Source: an uncultured Candidatus Saccharibacteria bacterium (GTDB lineage: Bacteria > Patescibacteriota > Saccharimonadia > Saccharimonadales > Saccharimonadaceae). Taken from it: a stretch of 64,000 bases of DNA. The stretch covers positions 486,672-550,671 of the forward strand of contig CAOHYA010000001.1 in the NCBI GenBank assembly GCA_948288625.1, in the 5' to 3' direction. Below are positions 54,216-63,824 of this stretch, in pieces. The translations under genes and the position numbers were made by a program. The notes beneath the pieces are model-generated. The model did not search any database and was not told where the DNA came from. It saw only the letters and a program-made list of their open reading frames with translations. Position 1 is the first letter of the stretch. Each line of letters starts with the position of its first letter.

Positions 54216-54361
54216 CACTATCGTAAGTATAACGCTGATAATAATACTGGCGAGCCAGAAAAACTTAACCCGTATTTTTCCTTCGGAGGTGCGCATGTGA
54301 TTTTTGATACGTTTCATCTCTATATGATATCAAAAAAGCCTTTAAGAAACCTTTTTGAGCA

Positions 54362-55123
54362 TCACTCTTCAATCGGCCGCCAACTCGAACCGTTATAGTA
54401 GTGCAGTTGAACAGGTGCCCATACGGTTCCCGTCCATGTATACATTACCTTAGACGTGATTAACTGATCTTGCCCAAGAAGAGTTGTCGTCGTATCGTCG
54501 GCCCTGAGGCCGTCGAGATATATGGTATACGGTGATGACGAGTTTCCGACAGGCTTACCGAATTGAATATTATCGATTGGGTTCGTGCCTGTATTGCGAG
54601 CCGAGTTATCGTAAGAGGCAATGGCGGTCGTCGATGCCTGAGGATACACTGCTACGCGTATGATTCCATTACCCGACCCAACGCCGATCGCATATTCCAA
54701 CCTATACCACGTATCCGCCGTTAACCCTGTGGTCAATGTCGACACGATGCCTCCTGCCGCCTCCATGATCCCTACGTTACCATTCGCAAGTATCGTTACG
54801 CGACCAATGATCGAAGCATTATTGTCGTATACCACCGAAATTTCCGACGTTACGCTGGGTAAATCAGTCAAGTAGAAATCGAATGATGCAGACAGCATAG
54901 TACTGGCATAACCTGACCACACTAAGATCGTAGAGTTACCTGTAACAGTCGTCAGCTTGTACGAATAGCTACCGCTCGTTCGTTGCTCAGTACTAAAAAC
55001 ACGACTTCCCCCGGCTCCGGCCGAACCACTGAAACCATCACCGGCAGTTGCCGATAAGGCCGCTGTAACGACAGTTCCGTTTGATATTTCCGACGAATCA
55101 GCTCGGTTGACACGTAAAGCCAC
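54362..55123 (-). CDS. Hypothetical protein, ConA/LamG-like beta-sandwich candidate, phage receptor-binding-like
   Basis: It is the last gene of a 3-gene minus-strand operon. It is beta-rich and its C-terminal YTWTGTVWAPVQLHYYNGSSWRPI motif is shared with the N-terminus of 56333..58114. Confidence 0.45.
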   Translation of the reverse strand: MALRVNRADSSEISNGTVVTAALSATAGDGFSGSAGAGGSRVFSTEQRTSGSYSYKLTTVTGNSTILVWSGYASTMLSASFDFYLTDLPSVTSEISVVYDNNASIIGRVTILANGNVGIMEAAGGIVSTLTTGLTADTWYRLEYAIGVGSGNGIIRVAVYPQASTTAIASYDNSARNTGTNPIDNIQFGKPVGNSSSPYTIYLDGLRADDTTTTLLGQDQLITSKVMYTWTGTVWAPVQLHYYNGSSWRPIEE

Positions 55124-55127
55124 TGAA

Positions 55128-56252
55128 TTAAACTCCAGTTATGTGAGGGAATAAGTCACCAGCTACCATACCGGACGTCGGAAATGCGGTCGAAGCAGGC
55201 CACATACGAAGCGCACCAGTTCCAGCCCGGTTCATCTTAACGTTCAAAGCCGCTTGGGTAGCCGTCGATACCGGCTTCGCTAAATCCGAAGTGTTATCGA
55301 CATTTGCGAGACCGACATCAGCTTTTGTATGCGTATGGTTTCCGGCTGCAGCTGTCGTACTTGACGTACCAATTTCTAAGTTGGATGTTCCAGCTCCTAT
55401 GGCAGTACGTGCCGCGGATATATCCGTTGCAGTCAGTACACTACGACCGGTCGTAGTCGCATCGGTAATATCGGCGACTGTCACCGTACCTGAGCCGCCA
55501 TCTACGGTTGCCCATGTACCATCACCGCGCAGATACGTTGTATTATTCGCCGTACCGCTCCCTAACTGAGCCGCAGGAACATGCGAATTACCATCAAGGC
55601 TGGCAACACCGTTTACCGCAGCCTTTTGACTTGCATCAAGTTTTGTCGCCAAACTTGAAGTAACGGATGATGTTGTCGCATAGCTGCCAGCCGCCTGTTT
55701 GGCGTCAAGAGCCGCTTGAAGGTCAGATTGGTCGGAAAGAGTGCCGGAAATGGTTCCCCATCCGGCCGAACCAGTGCTGCCCGAAGGTAATACGACGGTA
55801 TTGCCATTCGCTCCTGAGATAGTAAGGTTTGCGCCGCTGATACTAAGTGTTTGATCGCCCATGTTATTACCGGTAAGCGTAGGTCGATTAATGAGGTCTG
55901 TATAGTTACCGGTCGTAGCGACAGTCGATAAGCTTGAAGTATTTACTTTGGCATCAAGGGCAACTTGAGTAGCGTTTGAGATAGGCTTGTTCGCGTCACT
56001 GGTGTTGTCGACATTCGCAAGGCCAACGTCGGATTTAACGTGCGTGTGCGCGGTAGGTGTAGCGTTAAGTTTAGTTCGTACGTCATCCGCCAGGTCTGAT
56101 TCGGGAATACCCGAACCTGGTTTAGCGTACTTCGTACCAAGTGAGGCGCCAGCTTTTAACGAGCCGTCCGGATTGTGCTCGACACTAAGAAAGTCGTTGA
56201 GGATTTCTCCCCATTTCCCTTGGTCTGATCCCGGTGAGGGTAATCGTGCCAT
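55128..56252 (-). CDS. Phage tail-fibre-like protein
   Basis: The N-terminus GKWGEILNDFL...DGSLK and two copies of DVGLANVDNTSD(A/L)xKP(I/V)SxATQxAL flank Gly/Ser/Thr-rich repeats, as in actinophage minor tail and fibre proteins. Confidence 0.5.
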   Translation of the reverse strand: MARLPSPGSDQGKWGEILNDFLSVEHNPDGSLKAGASLGTKYAKPGSGIPESDLADDVRTKLNATPTAHTHVKSDVGLANVDNTSDANKPISNATQVALDAKVNTSSLSTVATTGNYTDLINRPTLTGNNMGDQTLSISGANLTISGANGNTVVLPSGSTGSAGWGTISGTLSDQSDLQAALDAKQAAGSYATTSSVTSSLATKLDASQKAAVNGVASLDGNSHVPAAQLGSGTANNTTYLRGDGTWATVDGGSGTVTVADITDATTTGRSVLTATDISAARTAIGAGTSNLEIGTSSTTAAAGNHTHTKADVGLANVDNTSDLAKPVSTATQAALNVKMNRAGTGALRMWPASTAFPTSGMVAGDLFPHITGV

Positions 56253-56332
56253 TATGTATTCTCCCTATCTACCTTATGCTTATCGCTTTGTAATAAAAAT
56301 ATCATGGTTTGTGGTCAACGTAAAGTTCAGGA

Positions 56333-58114
56333 CTAAATATATGAATTTATGTAAGTAAATGCTAATGGGTTACCATTTGCGTCGTATACGTCTGGGCGTC
56401 GACGTTGTTGCTGGCCGCTTACCGTCCATGTCTCTATGCATAGCTGGCCGCCGCCTATGGCGGTCGCATCCCACGTCGGGTTGTAGACCGTAAGTACGCA
56501 GTCGGGTACGACACCGGCAGTGCCTACGGAGTTCAAGCTCATATGTAAAGTACCCCCGACGGTATTCCGATCACATATCATTACCGGGTTGATATATGTA
56601 ATTCGCGTCGATTGTTCATGATTGAAGGAATATCCCTGTAATTGACCCGGGCCGGAACCAATATATTCCGAGCGTGTATTAACGCAGAGTGAGTCATCAG
56701 TGTAATACCATGCGATACCGCCTCCGCCCGTAAGCGTATGGTGGAAATAACAGTTTTCGAATATGAGCCCGCGCGAACTATTCGGCATGACCGTTGAAGA
56801 TGACACTCTCGTTGCGCCACGACGACCATCAACTTCGGTGTTGCGCACCACGCCACTTGCCTTCGAGTCAGCAGTACCATTCAAGTAATCCGTGCGCGTA
56901 ATCGCTTGGCCACCGGTTGATTTCCAAATGCTAATACCACCCGTTTCACCTGGAGGCATCTTATCGGAGCCCTTCGTTCCAGTAATAAGGACGTTTTCGA
57001 TTTTAAATTTCGGCCCGCTTATACGTAAGCCGCCATGGTCGTGAGCGACGGTGGAATCAAGTTGGAAATTACGGAATTCTACAAATACCGAGGTGTTTTC
57101 TCCTACCGGACTGGCGTTGATGGAATAACAAGTATTTACGCCGTTTGAGTTTATCACTGAACGATTCGATGATTCGATACGCAAAATCGTTCGTGCTCCT
57201 ACGGCTTTTTGCGAACCGGAACCGATACCGTTTTGTACAGGTTTATTCAAGCCGCCCGCACCTCCGATACCTCGACACCCGGCCCCCCAGTCTTGGTGTG
57301 CGATGCGTATTCCATCCATATATCCGTTCGCAAAATTTGGCGGAATGATAAAAGTACCGGCTGGAAGAGAAAGCTTACGGTTAGCAGTTACTCTATTGAC
57401 TACTTGTTGAAGGTCGGTACCGCTTGCGGCAATATCTTCATAGCGAACCCATTCTGGGCCAGCTGGTCGAATAGTGTCGTCTAAAAAGTATGCGACCCTT
57501 TCCGCCAAAAGGGTATTGATAAGCCCGTAGCCGTTATCGCCCGACTGCATATGGACGTTATCGGTGTACCATGCTATTGTCCGTCCATTCGCTTCTCGGT
57601 CGCGCATCATCGCATATTGATCGATGAGCTGTGCACCTTTCGTAGCGATATACGGCTCAAACCATGCATTGAATGGTGCACCATCGCTACTATCGGCATA
57701 TGCCAAGTTCATGCAAAATATTTGTCGAGAGCCATTTGAGATGTAATCAAGTAAGGCATTAAACTGGAATTCCCAGGTGGATTGTTGGCTGGTACGTATA
57801 TTACCCCCAAGAATAGTAATCACTATGTCAGGGTTGAAGCCTGATGAGATCATGTCGTCCCATGAAGTTTGCACTGTCGGAGTCACGGCTCCACCCCACG
57901 CAGCTCGGCTGGTAACCCCAGAAACATATACGTCAGCGTTACTTATGCCTACATTATTCAACGCTTGCTTGATCGCGTCTTCGCCCGTACCGCCCTGATA
58001 TGCCTTAGAGTCACCAAGTACGGCGACTTTCTTATTTCCACTTGGCGCAGATCCGCTGCTGCCATCGCCAAGACGTTTCCAACTGCTTCCATCCCATCTA
58101 TATAATGGTGCCAT
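56333..58114 (-). CDS. SGNH/GDSL hydrolase domain fused to a right-handed beta-helix (tailspike/depolymerase-like)
   Basis: The N-terminus LYRWDGSSWKRL, the GDSL block VAVLGDSKA and a later DNVH. The C-terminal half is rich in short beta-helix-like repeats with Asn/Gly ladders. Confidence 0.5.
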   Translation of the reverse strand: MAPLYRWDGSSWKRLGDGSSGSAPSGNKKVAVLGDSKAYQGGTGEDAIKQALNNVGISNADVYVSGVTSRAAWGGAVTPTVQTSWDDMISSGFNPDIVITILGGNIRTSQQSTWEFQFNALLDYISNGSRQIFCMNLAYADSSDGAPFNAWFEPYIATKGAQLIDQYAMMRDREANGRTIAWYTDNVHMQSGDNGYGLINTLLAERVAYFLDDTIRPAGPEWVRYEDIAASGTDLQQVVNRVTANRKLSLPAGTFIIPPNFANGYMDGIRIAHQDWGAGCRGIGGAGGLNKPVQNGIGSGSQKAVGARTILRIESSNRSVINSNGVNTCYSINASPVGENTSVFVEFRNFQLDSTVAHDHGGLRISGPKFKIENVLITGTKGSDKMPPGETGGISIWKSTGGQAITRTDYLNGTADSKASGVVRNTEVDGRRGATRVSSSTVMPNSSRGLIFENCYFHHTLTGGGGIAWYYTDDSLCVNTRSEYIGSGPGQLQGYSFNHEQSTRITYINPVMICDRNTVGGTLHMSLNSVGTAGVVPDCVLTVYNPTWDATAIGGGQLCIETWTVSGQQQRRRPDVYDANGNPLAFTYINSYI

Positions 58115-58200
58115 CTATTTTCCCTACCGATTTCTACAAGTTATCTATGTTAAGTAAACAATATGCAGTGTAAAAACACAACCGCTATACTAAGGGGTGT

Positions 58201-58839
58201 TTAATAGCCTAGGAATGAATCTGTTTTGATATTAGCTTTAACGACACCATTCTCATTAAGCAATTCCTTTGTCGCGGAAACGAATCGAGGGCTACCGGAT
58301 AGATAATAGGCTTGGCTCTTATCTAGTTTCTTTACTATTTCACGAAACTCATCCGGAGTAGTTGGGTAAAATGCACCAGTAGCGTATGTCGTCGTAAGTT
58401 CCATGAAAGTATGGCCTTTACTATCGACATGAACTAGCGTCGTGGTAACGGGCAACTGCTTCGAATGCGCATAGGTAAGCATAGAGCGAAAAGGCGTAAT
58501 GCCGACGCCTTGAGCAAGAAATACGTATCGGGTGATATTCTTTTGGAAAGTGAAGTTTAGTATTGGTCCCGAAAGAATCATCGTATCGCCAGCGGTAAGG
58601 TGCATAAGCCGGTTTTTGAAGCGGCTGCCAGTGCCCGTATGGGTAGTAAATGTGACATGTTCTTCCGTGGGAGACGAAGACAGCGTGAACGGGTGTGGCC
58701 GATAAAGCCCTGGGAGTATAAATAACCCGTGCTGACCGGCCTTGTGGCTGATCGGCTTAGCAGGCTTGAAAAAGAAGGTGTAAACATCGTCGTTTTCAAG
58801 CTGCTTTTTAACGTAAGTCAGCTTAGTAACAAAACTCAT
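58201..58839 (-). CDS. Ferredoxin-reductase-type FAD/NAD(P)-binding oxidoreductase
   Basis: RPHPFTLSSSP (RxYS-type FAD motif) and LAQGVGITPF (NAD-binding GxGxxP). Confidence 0.7.
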   Translation of the reverse strand: MSFVTKLTYVKKQLENDDVYTFFFKPAKPISHKAGQHGLFILPGLYRPHPFTLSSSPTEEHVTFTTHTGTGSRFKNRLMHLTAGDTMILSGPILNFTFQKNITRYVFLAQGVGITPFRSMLTYAHSKQLPVTTTLVHVDSKGHTFMELTTTYATGAFYPTTPDEFREIVKKLDKSQAYYLSGSPRFVSATKELLNENGVVKANIKTDSFLGY

Positions 58840-59057
58840 TTGGTATCCTTGTCTGTTTTTTGTATTTCACTTGCTAACTTCAATACATCGTTACCTGACT
58901 TATGTTTGATGACTATCGCCGGATTATCGGCGGTACCATTACGTTTTACGGTTTTGCCTTTGCTCGTTATGGTAGTCGGCTCGTGGTGAACCGATTTAAT
59001 AATTCCTTGGGCAAGCCCGTTTCCCCATTGCCATGCGACGTGATCACCTGTTTTCAT
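58836..59057 (-). CDS. DUF2945 (HVA-Tudor-like) small protein
   Basis: GDHVAWQWGNGLAQGIIKSV...TSKGKTVKRNG is the family pattern. Its stop overlaps the start of the next gene by 4 nt. Confidence 0.6.
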   Translation of the reverse strand: MKTGDHVAWQWGNGLAQGIIKSVHHEPTTITSKGKTVKRNGTADNPAIVIKHKSGNDVLKLASEIQKTDKDTK

Positions 59058-59073
59058 AGATTCATCTTACAGG

Positions 59074-59826
59074 TTACGGACGTATCTTCCAAGGTGCTTG
59101 TTCCGGCCAGTGCAAGAATATACTTTTGAAGCCTGCTTTGTAACGAGCTCCCATCTTACTGACCGACTTGAAGGGTCGTGCTGAGATCGGCATACGTAAA
59201 GTACGTTCATACTCAATTAATCCTTCCATAGGTAGATGGTAGCTAATATCGATATCATCATGGATGTCTTGATAGTCCGAAAGATGGGTTCGAGACGAAA
59301 CTTCACTCCACGTACTTGATCGGATAGCAAAATTCGAACCAAAGAGCGGCTTTCGTTTTAACGCTAATCCCACAAAAAAGAAATAGGGTTTCATATAAAA
59401 CCAATCAAACAACACTCTTCCTGTGGCCGGCGCATCGTAGACTATACCAGGCCCCGTCACAGCGACGGTGTTTTTTCGCTTAGCAAAGGCCACCACTACC
59501 TTTTCAATCCAGTCTTTTTCCGGCCGACAATCAGCATCACAGCGGAGTAGTAGGTCGAACTTCATCGCTGCCCTATCGAGACCGTGCTTCGTCGCTGCAC
59601 ATATCCCCTGATGAGGTTCTCGTACTACATTTACGAAGCGGTATTCACTGGCGATACTTACGGAAGTGTCAGTTGAGTTATTATCGACGATAAAAACAAT
59701 ATCCGGCAGTAGCGTTTGCCGGCTTAACGCATCGAGACAAGCCTTTAAATACTTTTCTTCATTAAAAACGGGTATAACGACAGCAACGGAAAGTTTTTCC
59801 ATGAGAGCTTTATCTATTCGTGACAT
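59074..59826 (-). CDS. Family 2 glycosyltransferase
   Basis: The VVIPVFNEEKYL start, a DNNSTD (DxD-like) motif and a GT-A fold pattern. Confidence 0.8.
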   Translation of the reverse strand: MSRIDKALMEKLSVAVVIPVFNEEKYLKACLDALSRQTLLPDIVFIVDNNSTDTSVSIASEYRFVNVVREPHQGICAATKHGLDRAAMKFDLLLRCDADCRPEKDWIEKVVVAFAKRKNTVAVTGPGIVYDAPATGRVLFDWFYMKPYFFFVGLALKRKPLFGSNFAIRSSTWSEVSSRTHLSDYQDIHDDIDISYHLPMEGLIEYERTLRMPISARPFKSVSKMGARYKAGFKSIFLHWPEQAPWKIRP

Positions 59827-59838
59827 AACGCCGTTCTG

Positions 59839-60072
59839 TTAATAATCGTTGCCGCTTTCTTCGTCCAGTTTGAAAATAAAGCGTTCGATATCTTCTATGA
59901 TCGCAGTCAGCGTCGCTCCGTCGGCATGATCTGCGATCGACTGCAATAACAAGGCATCTACATTGAAGCCACCTGTCTTAATTTGCATTATTTCTTTTAA
60001 TTGTTCAATTCGATCAACAAGCTGATCGATGAGATCTACCGTATCCATTTTTTCTCCCTTTTTAGCTATCAT
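59839..60072 (-). CDS. Hypothetical small protein
   Basis: A clean ORF of 69-77 aa, helical and acidic. I recognise no family. Confidence 0.35.
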   Translation of the reverse strand: MIAKKGEKMDTVDLIDQLVDRIEQLKEIMQIKTGGFNVDALLLQSIADHADGATLTAIIEDIERFIFKLDEESGNDY

Positions 60073-60129
60073 ACGGGGATAAGATACTTTTTTCTGTATA
60101 TTTTTTTACTGAAATGGCTACGTTCTAGT

Positions 60130-61542
60130 TTATACTGACCGATACCGTTCGAGGGCAGCGGCACGAGCTTCTTTATGATCCACGATTGGAGCTGGGTAAT
60201 CTTTCCCGATGATACATCTGTAGGTATGCTGGTCTTCGATCGACATTTTCCATGGTTCACTTAAGTATTTATCGGGAACCAATTTGAGTTCAGGAATGTA
60301 GGTACGTACATACACCCCTTCAGGGTCATACCTGTCACGTTGAGATGACGGGTTGTACAATCGCCTGAACAACGGCGCCGGGTCAACGCCAACGCTCGCG
60401 ATCCATTGCCAGTTACCGTTATTGTTTGCCGTATCGCCATCAAGCAACCACTTCATGAAGTAGCGTTCACCTTCACGCCAATCTATGCCCAAGTCTTTCG
60501 TAAGAAACGACCCGACAATAAGACGGCCACGGTTGTGCATCCACCCTTCTTTCTTTAGCTGACGCATAGCCGCATCGACCGCGGGGTATCCAGTTTGACC
60601 TTCTTTCCAAGCATTCAGCAGCTGCGGACGTTTCGACCATTGATAATTGCGATAGCGTTCTTGGAACTCTCGCTCGGGGTGAGGAAAGTGAAATAATATA
60701 TAGTGATAAAAGTCACGCCATGCTAACTGGCGATGCCACGAACGAGCGCCTTCCGAATCCGGAAGTAACGTTTCGATTTCTCGTACGCTGACGCATCCGA
60801 AATGAAGGTACGGACTAAGCTTTGACGTTCCTTCTTTTCCCATGTCATTGTTATCGGCGCGGTAGTCGTCAATCGGGCCATCAAGGAAGGCATGGAGATG
60901 GGACCGTGCTTCCATTTCACCACCCCGAACGACATCAGCTGAGAGTTCGTCCTTGTTTGAAATAGTTTTAAGATTTGGAAGCGTACCTAAGTCAACTTTC
61001 GGAATGCGCATCACCTTAGGAGCTGGTACTACGTCCCGCCGTACCACTTCGGACCATGTTTTCCAAAATGGCGTGAATACTTTATATTCAGTGCCGGTTT
61101 TCGTCAGCAACTTCTGCAAGGAGCTCACGGCCAAGTAACCGCCGAATGAACGAGCTTCGATACCATTGCTGCTTAACGCTTCTTCGATGTTCTTATCCCG
61201 CTTCAATGATGATGGCGAATACTCTGCGGTATAGTACACCGACTTAGCCCCGGTCTCGTCCGCTAGTTCGACTAACGCTTTTTTGGCATCGCCATGACGT
61301 ATGACTAAATCACCTCCAGCTTTCTTCAATGACTCTTTCAAATCTGTCAGACTTTCTAACAAGAACCTATTACGGTTTGAGCTTGATGTCGGCCCGGATA
61401 TCTCATCTTCATCAAATATATATACGGGAATAATTTCGTCAGACTCTTGTATAGCCGTATGTAACGCCGGGTGATCATGCGTGCGAAGGTCGAGACGGAA
61501 CCATACGATGATAGGCGTATCTTTTTTATCGTCATTAGTCAT
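60130..61542 (-). CDS. phr: Deoxyribodipyrimidine photolyase/cryptochrome family
   Basis: IVWFRLDLRTHDHPAL, a FAD-binding C-terminus (WREFYHY-like WRDFYHYILF, GWMHNRGR, DGDTANNNGNWQW). ATG 61542 lies 6 nt after TGgTATTAT. Confidence 0.9.
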   Translation of the reverse strand: MTNDDKKDTPIIVWFRLDLRTHDHPALHTAIQESDEIIPVYIFDEDEISGPTSSSNRNRFLLESLTDLKESLKKAGGDLVIRHGDAKKALVELADETGAKSVYYTAEYSPSSLKRDKNIEEALSSNGIEARSFGGYLAVSSLQKLLTKTGTEYKVFTPFWKTWSEVVRRDVVPAPKVMRIPKVDLGTLPNLKTISNKDELSADVVRGGEMEARSHLHAFLDGPIDDYRADNNDMGKEGTSKLSPYLHFGCVSVREIETLLPDSEGARSWHRQLAWRDFYHYILFHFPHPEREFQERYRNYQWSKRPQLLNAWKEGQTGYPAVDAAMRQLKKEGWMHNRGRLIVGSFLTKDLGIDWREGERYFMKWLLDGDTANNNGNWQWIASVGVDPAPLFRRLYNPSSQRDRYDPEGVYVRTYIPELKLVPDKYLSEPWKMSIEDQHTYRCIIGKDYPAPIVDHKEARAAALERYRSV

Positions 61543-61927
61543 CACTTTATAATACCAAAATCTTTCATTTACTTCGAAAAGGTGAACCGTCGAACGCGGC
61601 GGGCGCGTAAGAACGCTTTCATCCGTGCTTCGAGAATAGCGTCGATTTTTATTGGTCCACTTGAGCGTCGTGGTAGCTCGATGTAACCTTGTTCTTCAAA
61701 ATGAGTCATAGTCTTCATACATATCTCCATGGTCTTAATAAACAAAAAACAACTAAAACGAACTGCTTAGCTGTAACGGGTTTTATTGTATGGAGCTATC
61801 CGGTGGCATACGCAGACCGTTATCTGATATACGCGACGGGGAGCTTGTAATCGTATGAAGGTGACCAGGGACGCTTTGATAATTCCAGTGTGTATAGTAC
61901 CTGCGCTTATTATAGCAATTCGAAATG

Positions 61928-61953
61928 AAAAAAGCACCTCAAAATGAGGTGCT
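61928..61953 (-). terminator. Intrinsic terminator ending the transcript of the GC-rich PG-hydrolase operon
   Basis: The stem agcacctc/gaggtgct is followed on the minus strand by TTTTTT. Confidence 0.55.
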
Positions 61954-62087
61954 TGCTCGCGGAGGCGGATCACTCGTAATGGAGCGATCCGCCTCAACGC
62001 GAAGCAGTTCGTAGGTACGGCCTACGCCGTTTCAAGTAACAGACTTGAGACTGGCTCTTTTTTGTAAAGACTGAGCTCGTCTTTTGC

Positions 62088-63170
62088 TCAAGGTGATATG
62101 TCGGCGCCATTCTTCTCCATGAAGGGATCCGGGTTGATGAACTGCCCGTTTTCCTTGATCTCAAAGTGAAGATGCGCACCAGTAGAACCACCTGTCGAAC
62201 CGACGTATCCGATCACCTGACCAGCTCGAACCTTCTCGCCATTGCTGACGATTCGTTTGCTGAGATGGCCATAACCGGATCCGATGCCGTCACCATGGTC
62301 GATCCTGATAAGGTTTCCGTACCCGGAACCACCACCGTTCGGACCGCCCAAAGAGCCGCTTACTCCCGAAAAGGTAACGGTACCGTCATGAACGGCATAG
62401 ATAGGCGTGCCAGAGGCGATCGCCATATCGACACCATCGTGATTCTTCGCTCGTCCCGTGTAGGGATTGATTCGGAATCCGAAGGGACTTGAAATCCTGT
62501 ATCCAGGATCCAGCGGCACGCGCCAACCCGCTTCGTTCGATGTTTCGGCGGTACACTTACTCGTTCCTACTTCCGTCGTTTTCCCTGCGTACAGTTCATC
62601 GACGATAGCAGTTGCGATGTCATCCCACGCCCACCGATTGCGATAGGCGCTCGGACTCGCTCGCTGAATTTGCAGAGCAACTTCCATCATGGGTCGCGAA
62701 TCACGATCCGGGATGGTCTGGAGAACGTCGTAGAACTTGTTCGACGCATAGACGGGATCCAACAGCTGAGCCGGAGTTCCCCATCCTTGTGAAGGCCGTT
62801 GCTGAAACAGCCCGATGCTATCGTAGTCGTTGTACCCGCCCTTGTTGTACGGGCGATTTTCAAGATTGGTTTCCTGAATCGACGTAGCGACGGCAATGGC
62901 GAGAGAACGCTTCGAGAAGCCTCGGTCCTCCCCGACCTTCACGATGACAGCAGCATTTGCTTTACGCTGCTTGGCATCCGCAGGTGCGAAAAGATCAAAA
63001 AACGCATCTTGAGCACCTTTGGTCACTTTGTCGGCGATATCGCTTCCGATAGCGACCGGCGAAAGTGTAGTTATTCCACAATTGACCGCACTGGCAACTG
63101 TTACGACGCCTCCGAAAAGGATGACGACGACAGTGACGATGCTAATGACGATCTTCGTTAGGGTCGACAC
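62088..63170 (-). CDS. Membrane-anchored bifunctional peptidoglycan hydrolase (SLT-like domain + M23 peptidase)
   Basis: N-terminal TM. The QETNL...SIGLFQQRPS block resembles a lytic transglycosylase. The C-terminal M23 motifs are HDGVD and GSTGGSTGAHLHFE. GC-rich. Confidence 0.8.
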   Translation of the reverse strand: MSTLTKIVISIVTVVVILFGGVVTVASAVNCGITTLSPVAIGSDIADKVTKGAQDAFFDLFAPADAKQRKANAAVIVKVGEDRGFSKRSLAIAVATSIQETNLENRPYNKGGYNDYDSIGLFQQRPSQGWGTPAQLLDPVYASNKFYDVLQTIPDRDSRPMMEVALQIQRASPSAYRNRWAWDDIATAIVDELYAGKTTEVGTSKCTAETSNEAGWRVPLDPGYRISSPFGFRINPYTGRAKNHDGVDMAIASGTPIYAVHDGTVTFSGVSGSLGGPNGGGSGYGNLIRIDHGDGIGSGYGHLSKRIVSNGEKVRAGQVIGYVGSTGGSTGAHLHFEIKENGQFINPDPFMEKNGADISP

Positions 63171-63185
63171 CTTATGTCACCACCT

Positions 63186-63824
63186 TTACTGTTCTTGGTC
63201 GACTTTCCACGTCTCACCGTCCTGAATCCAGGTCGAAGCGTGAGCATTGGGAAGTGTTTGTTTGTCGAGCACCGTTACCGATTGCCCGTCCTCATCCACG
63301 TAGGACGTCGTGACAACCGACAATACCGAGACGTTCCTCGTGAGACCGTCTTGGCTTGGCGTGCAACTCACCGCCGTCTCCGCACGTTCGAGGGTAAGCG
63401 TCAGGTCGGAACCTTCCACTTCTCCTCCTTCGTGATCATCCTGGTACTTGCTCGTCGTCAAACCAGCAAGTCCCTCTGTTCTGGCGGGAGTGTTACTCGG
63501 TGACAGGAAGAGTTCTTCGTAATCCATGACTCTCGTCACGAACGCTTCGTACGCCTCCGGAGTCATGCCGTCTTCGCAGGTCGTTGTTTCGCCCTGGAAA
63601 GCAGACTCGTCGTCCTCACCTTCTTCGTTCTCCGTGGACGGAGCCGTGCTTGAAGTACCTTGACCACCACCAGCGTCTTCGAGCACCTTCGATTGTTCCT
63701 CGATGGTGTAGATGACACGAATAGCAATGGCGACCAAGATGCACACCGCAAGTAGCACGAACCAAATCCTGCTCCACGGAAAGCGGCTAACAAACTTCTT
63801 AAAGCTGGTCGTCAGCTTCTTCAT
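63186..63824 (-). CDS. Hypothetical membrane-anchored protein (GC-rich)
   Basis: N-terminal TM (IWFVLLAVCILVAIAI), an acidic linker and a C-terminal globular part. It overlaps the upstream ORF by 26 nt. Confidence 0.5.
   Translation of the reverse strand: MKKLTTSFKKFVSRFPWSRIWFVLLAVCILVAIAIRVIYTIEEQSKVLEDAGGGQGTSSTAPSTENEEGEDDESAFQGETTTCEDGMTPEAYEAFVTRVMDYEELFLSPSNTPARTEGLAGLTTSKYQDDHEGGEVEGSDLTLTLERAETAVSCTPSQDGLTRNVSVLSVVTTSYVDEDGQSVTVLDKQTLPNAHASTWIQDGETWKVDQEQ

Noticed and set aside
54190-54318. A 43-codon hydrophobic ORF (MKRIKNHMRTSEGKIRVKFFWLASIIISVILTIVLNVVLNVIL) antisense to the PAP2 3' end. It looks like a type I toxin.
   Set aside because: It has no SD or -10 at an appropriate distance, and I could not identify an antitoxin RNA. 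The hydrophobic run may simply mirror the AT-rich end of the PAP2 gene. I did not call it.
61569-61718. A 49-codon ORF with a GGAGA SD upstream of the photolyase gene, plus an approximately 190-nt leader from a TATAAT box near 61905 that could be a riboswitch.
   Set aside because: The peptide has no recognisable features, and the leader matched no riboswitch consensus I could recall (TPP, FMN, purine, SAM, glycine, fluoride, ZTP, guanidine). The evidence is too thin to call either.
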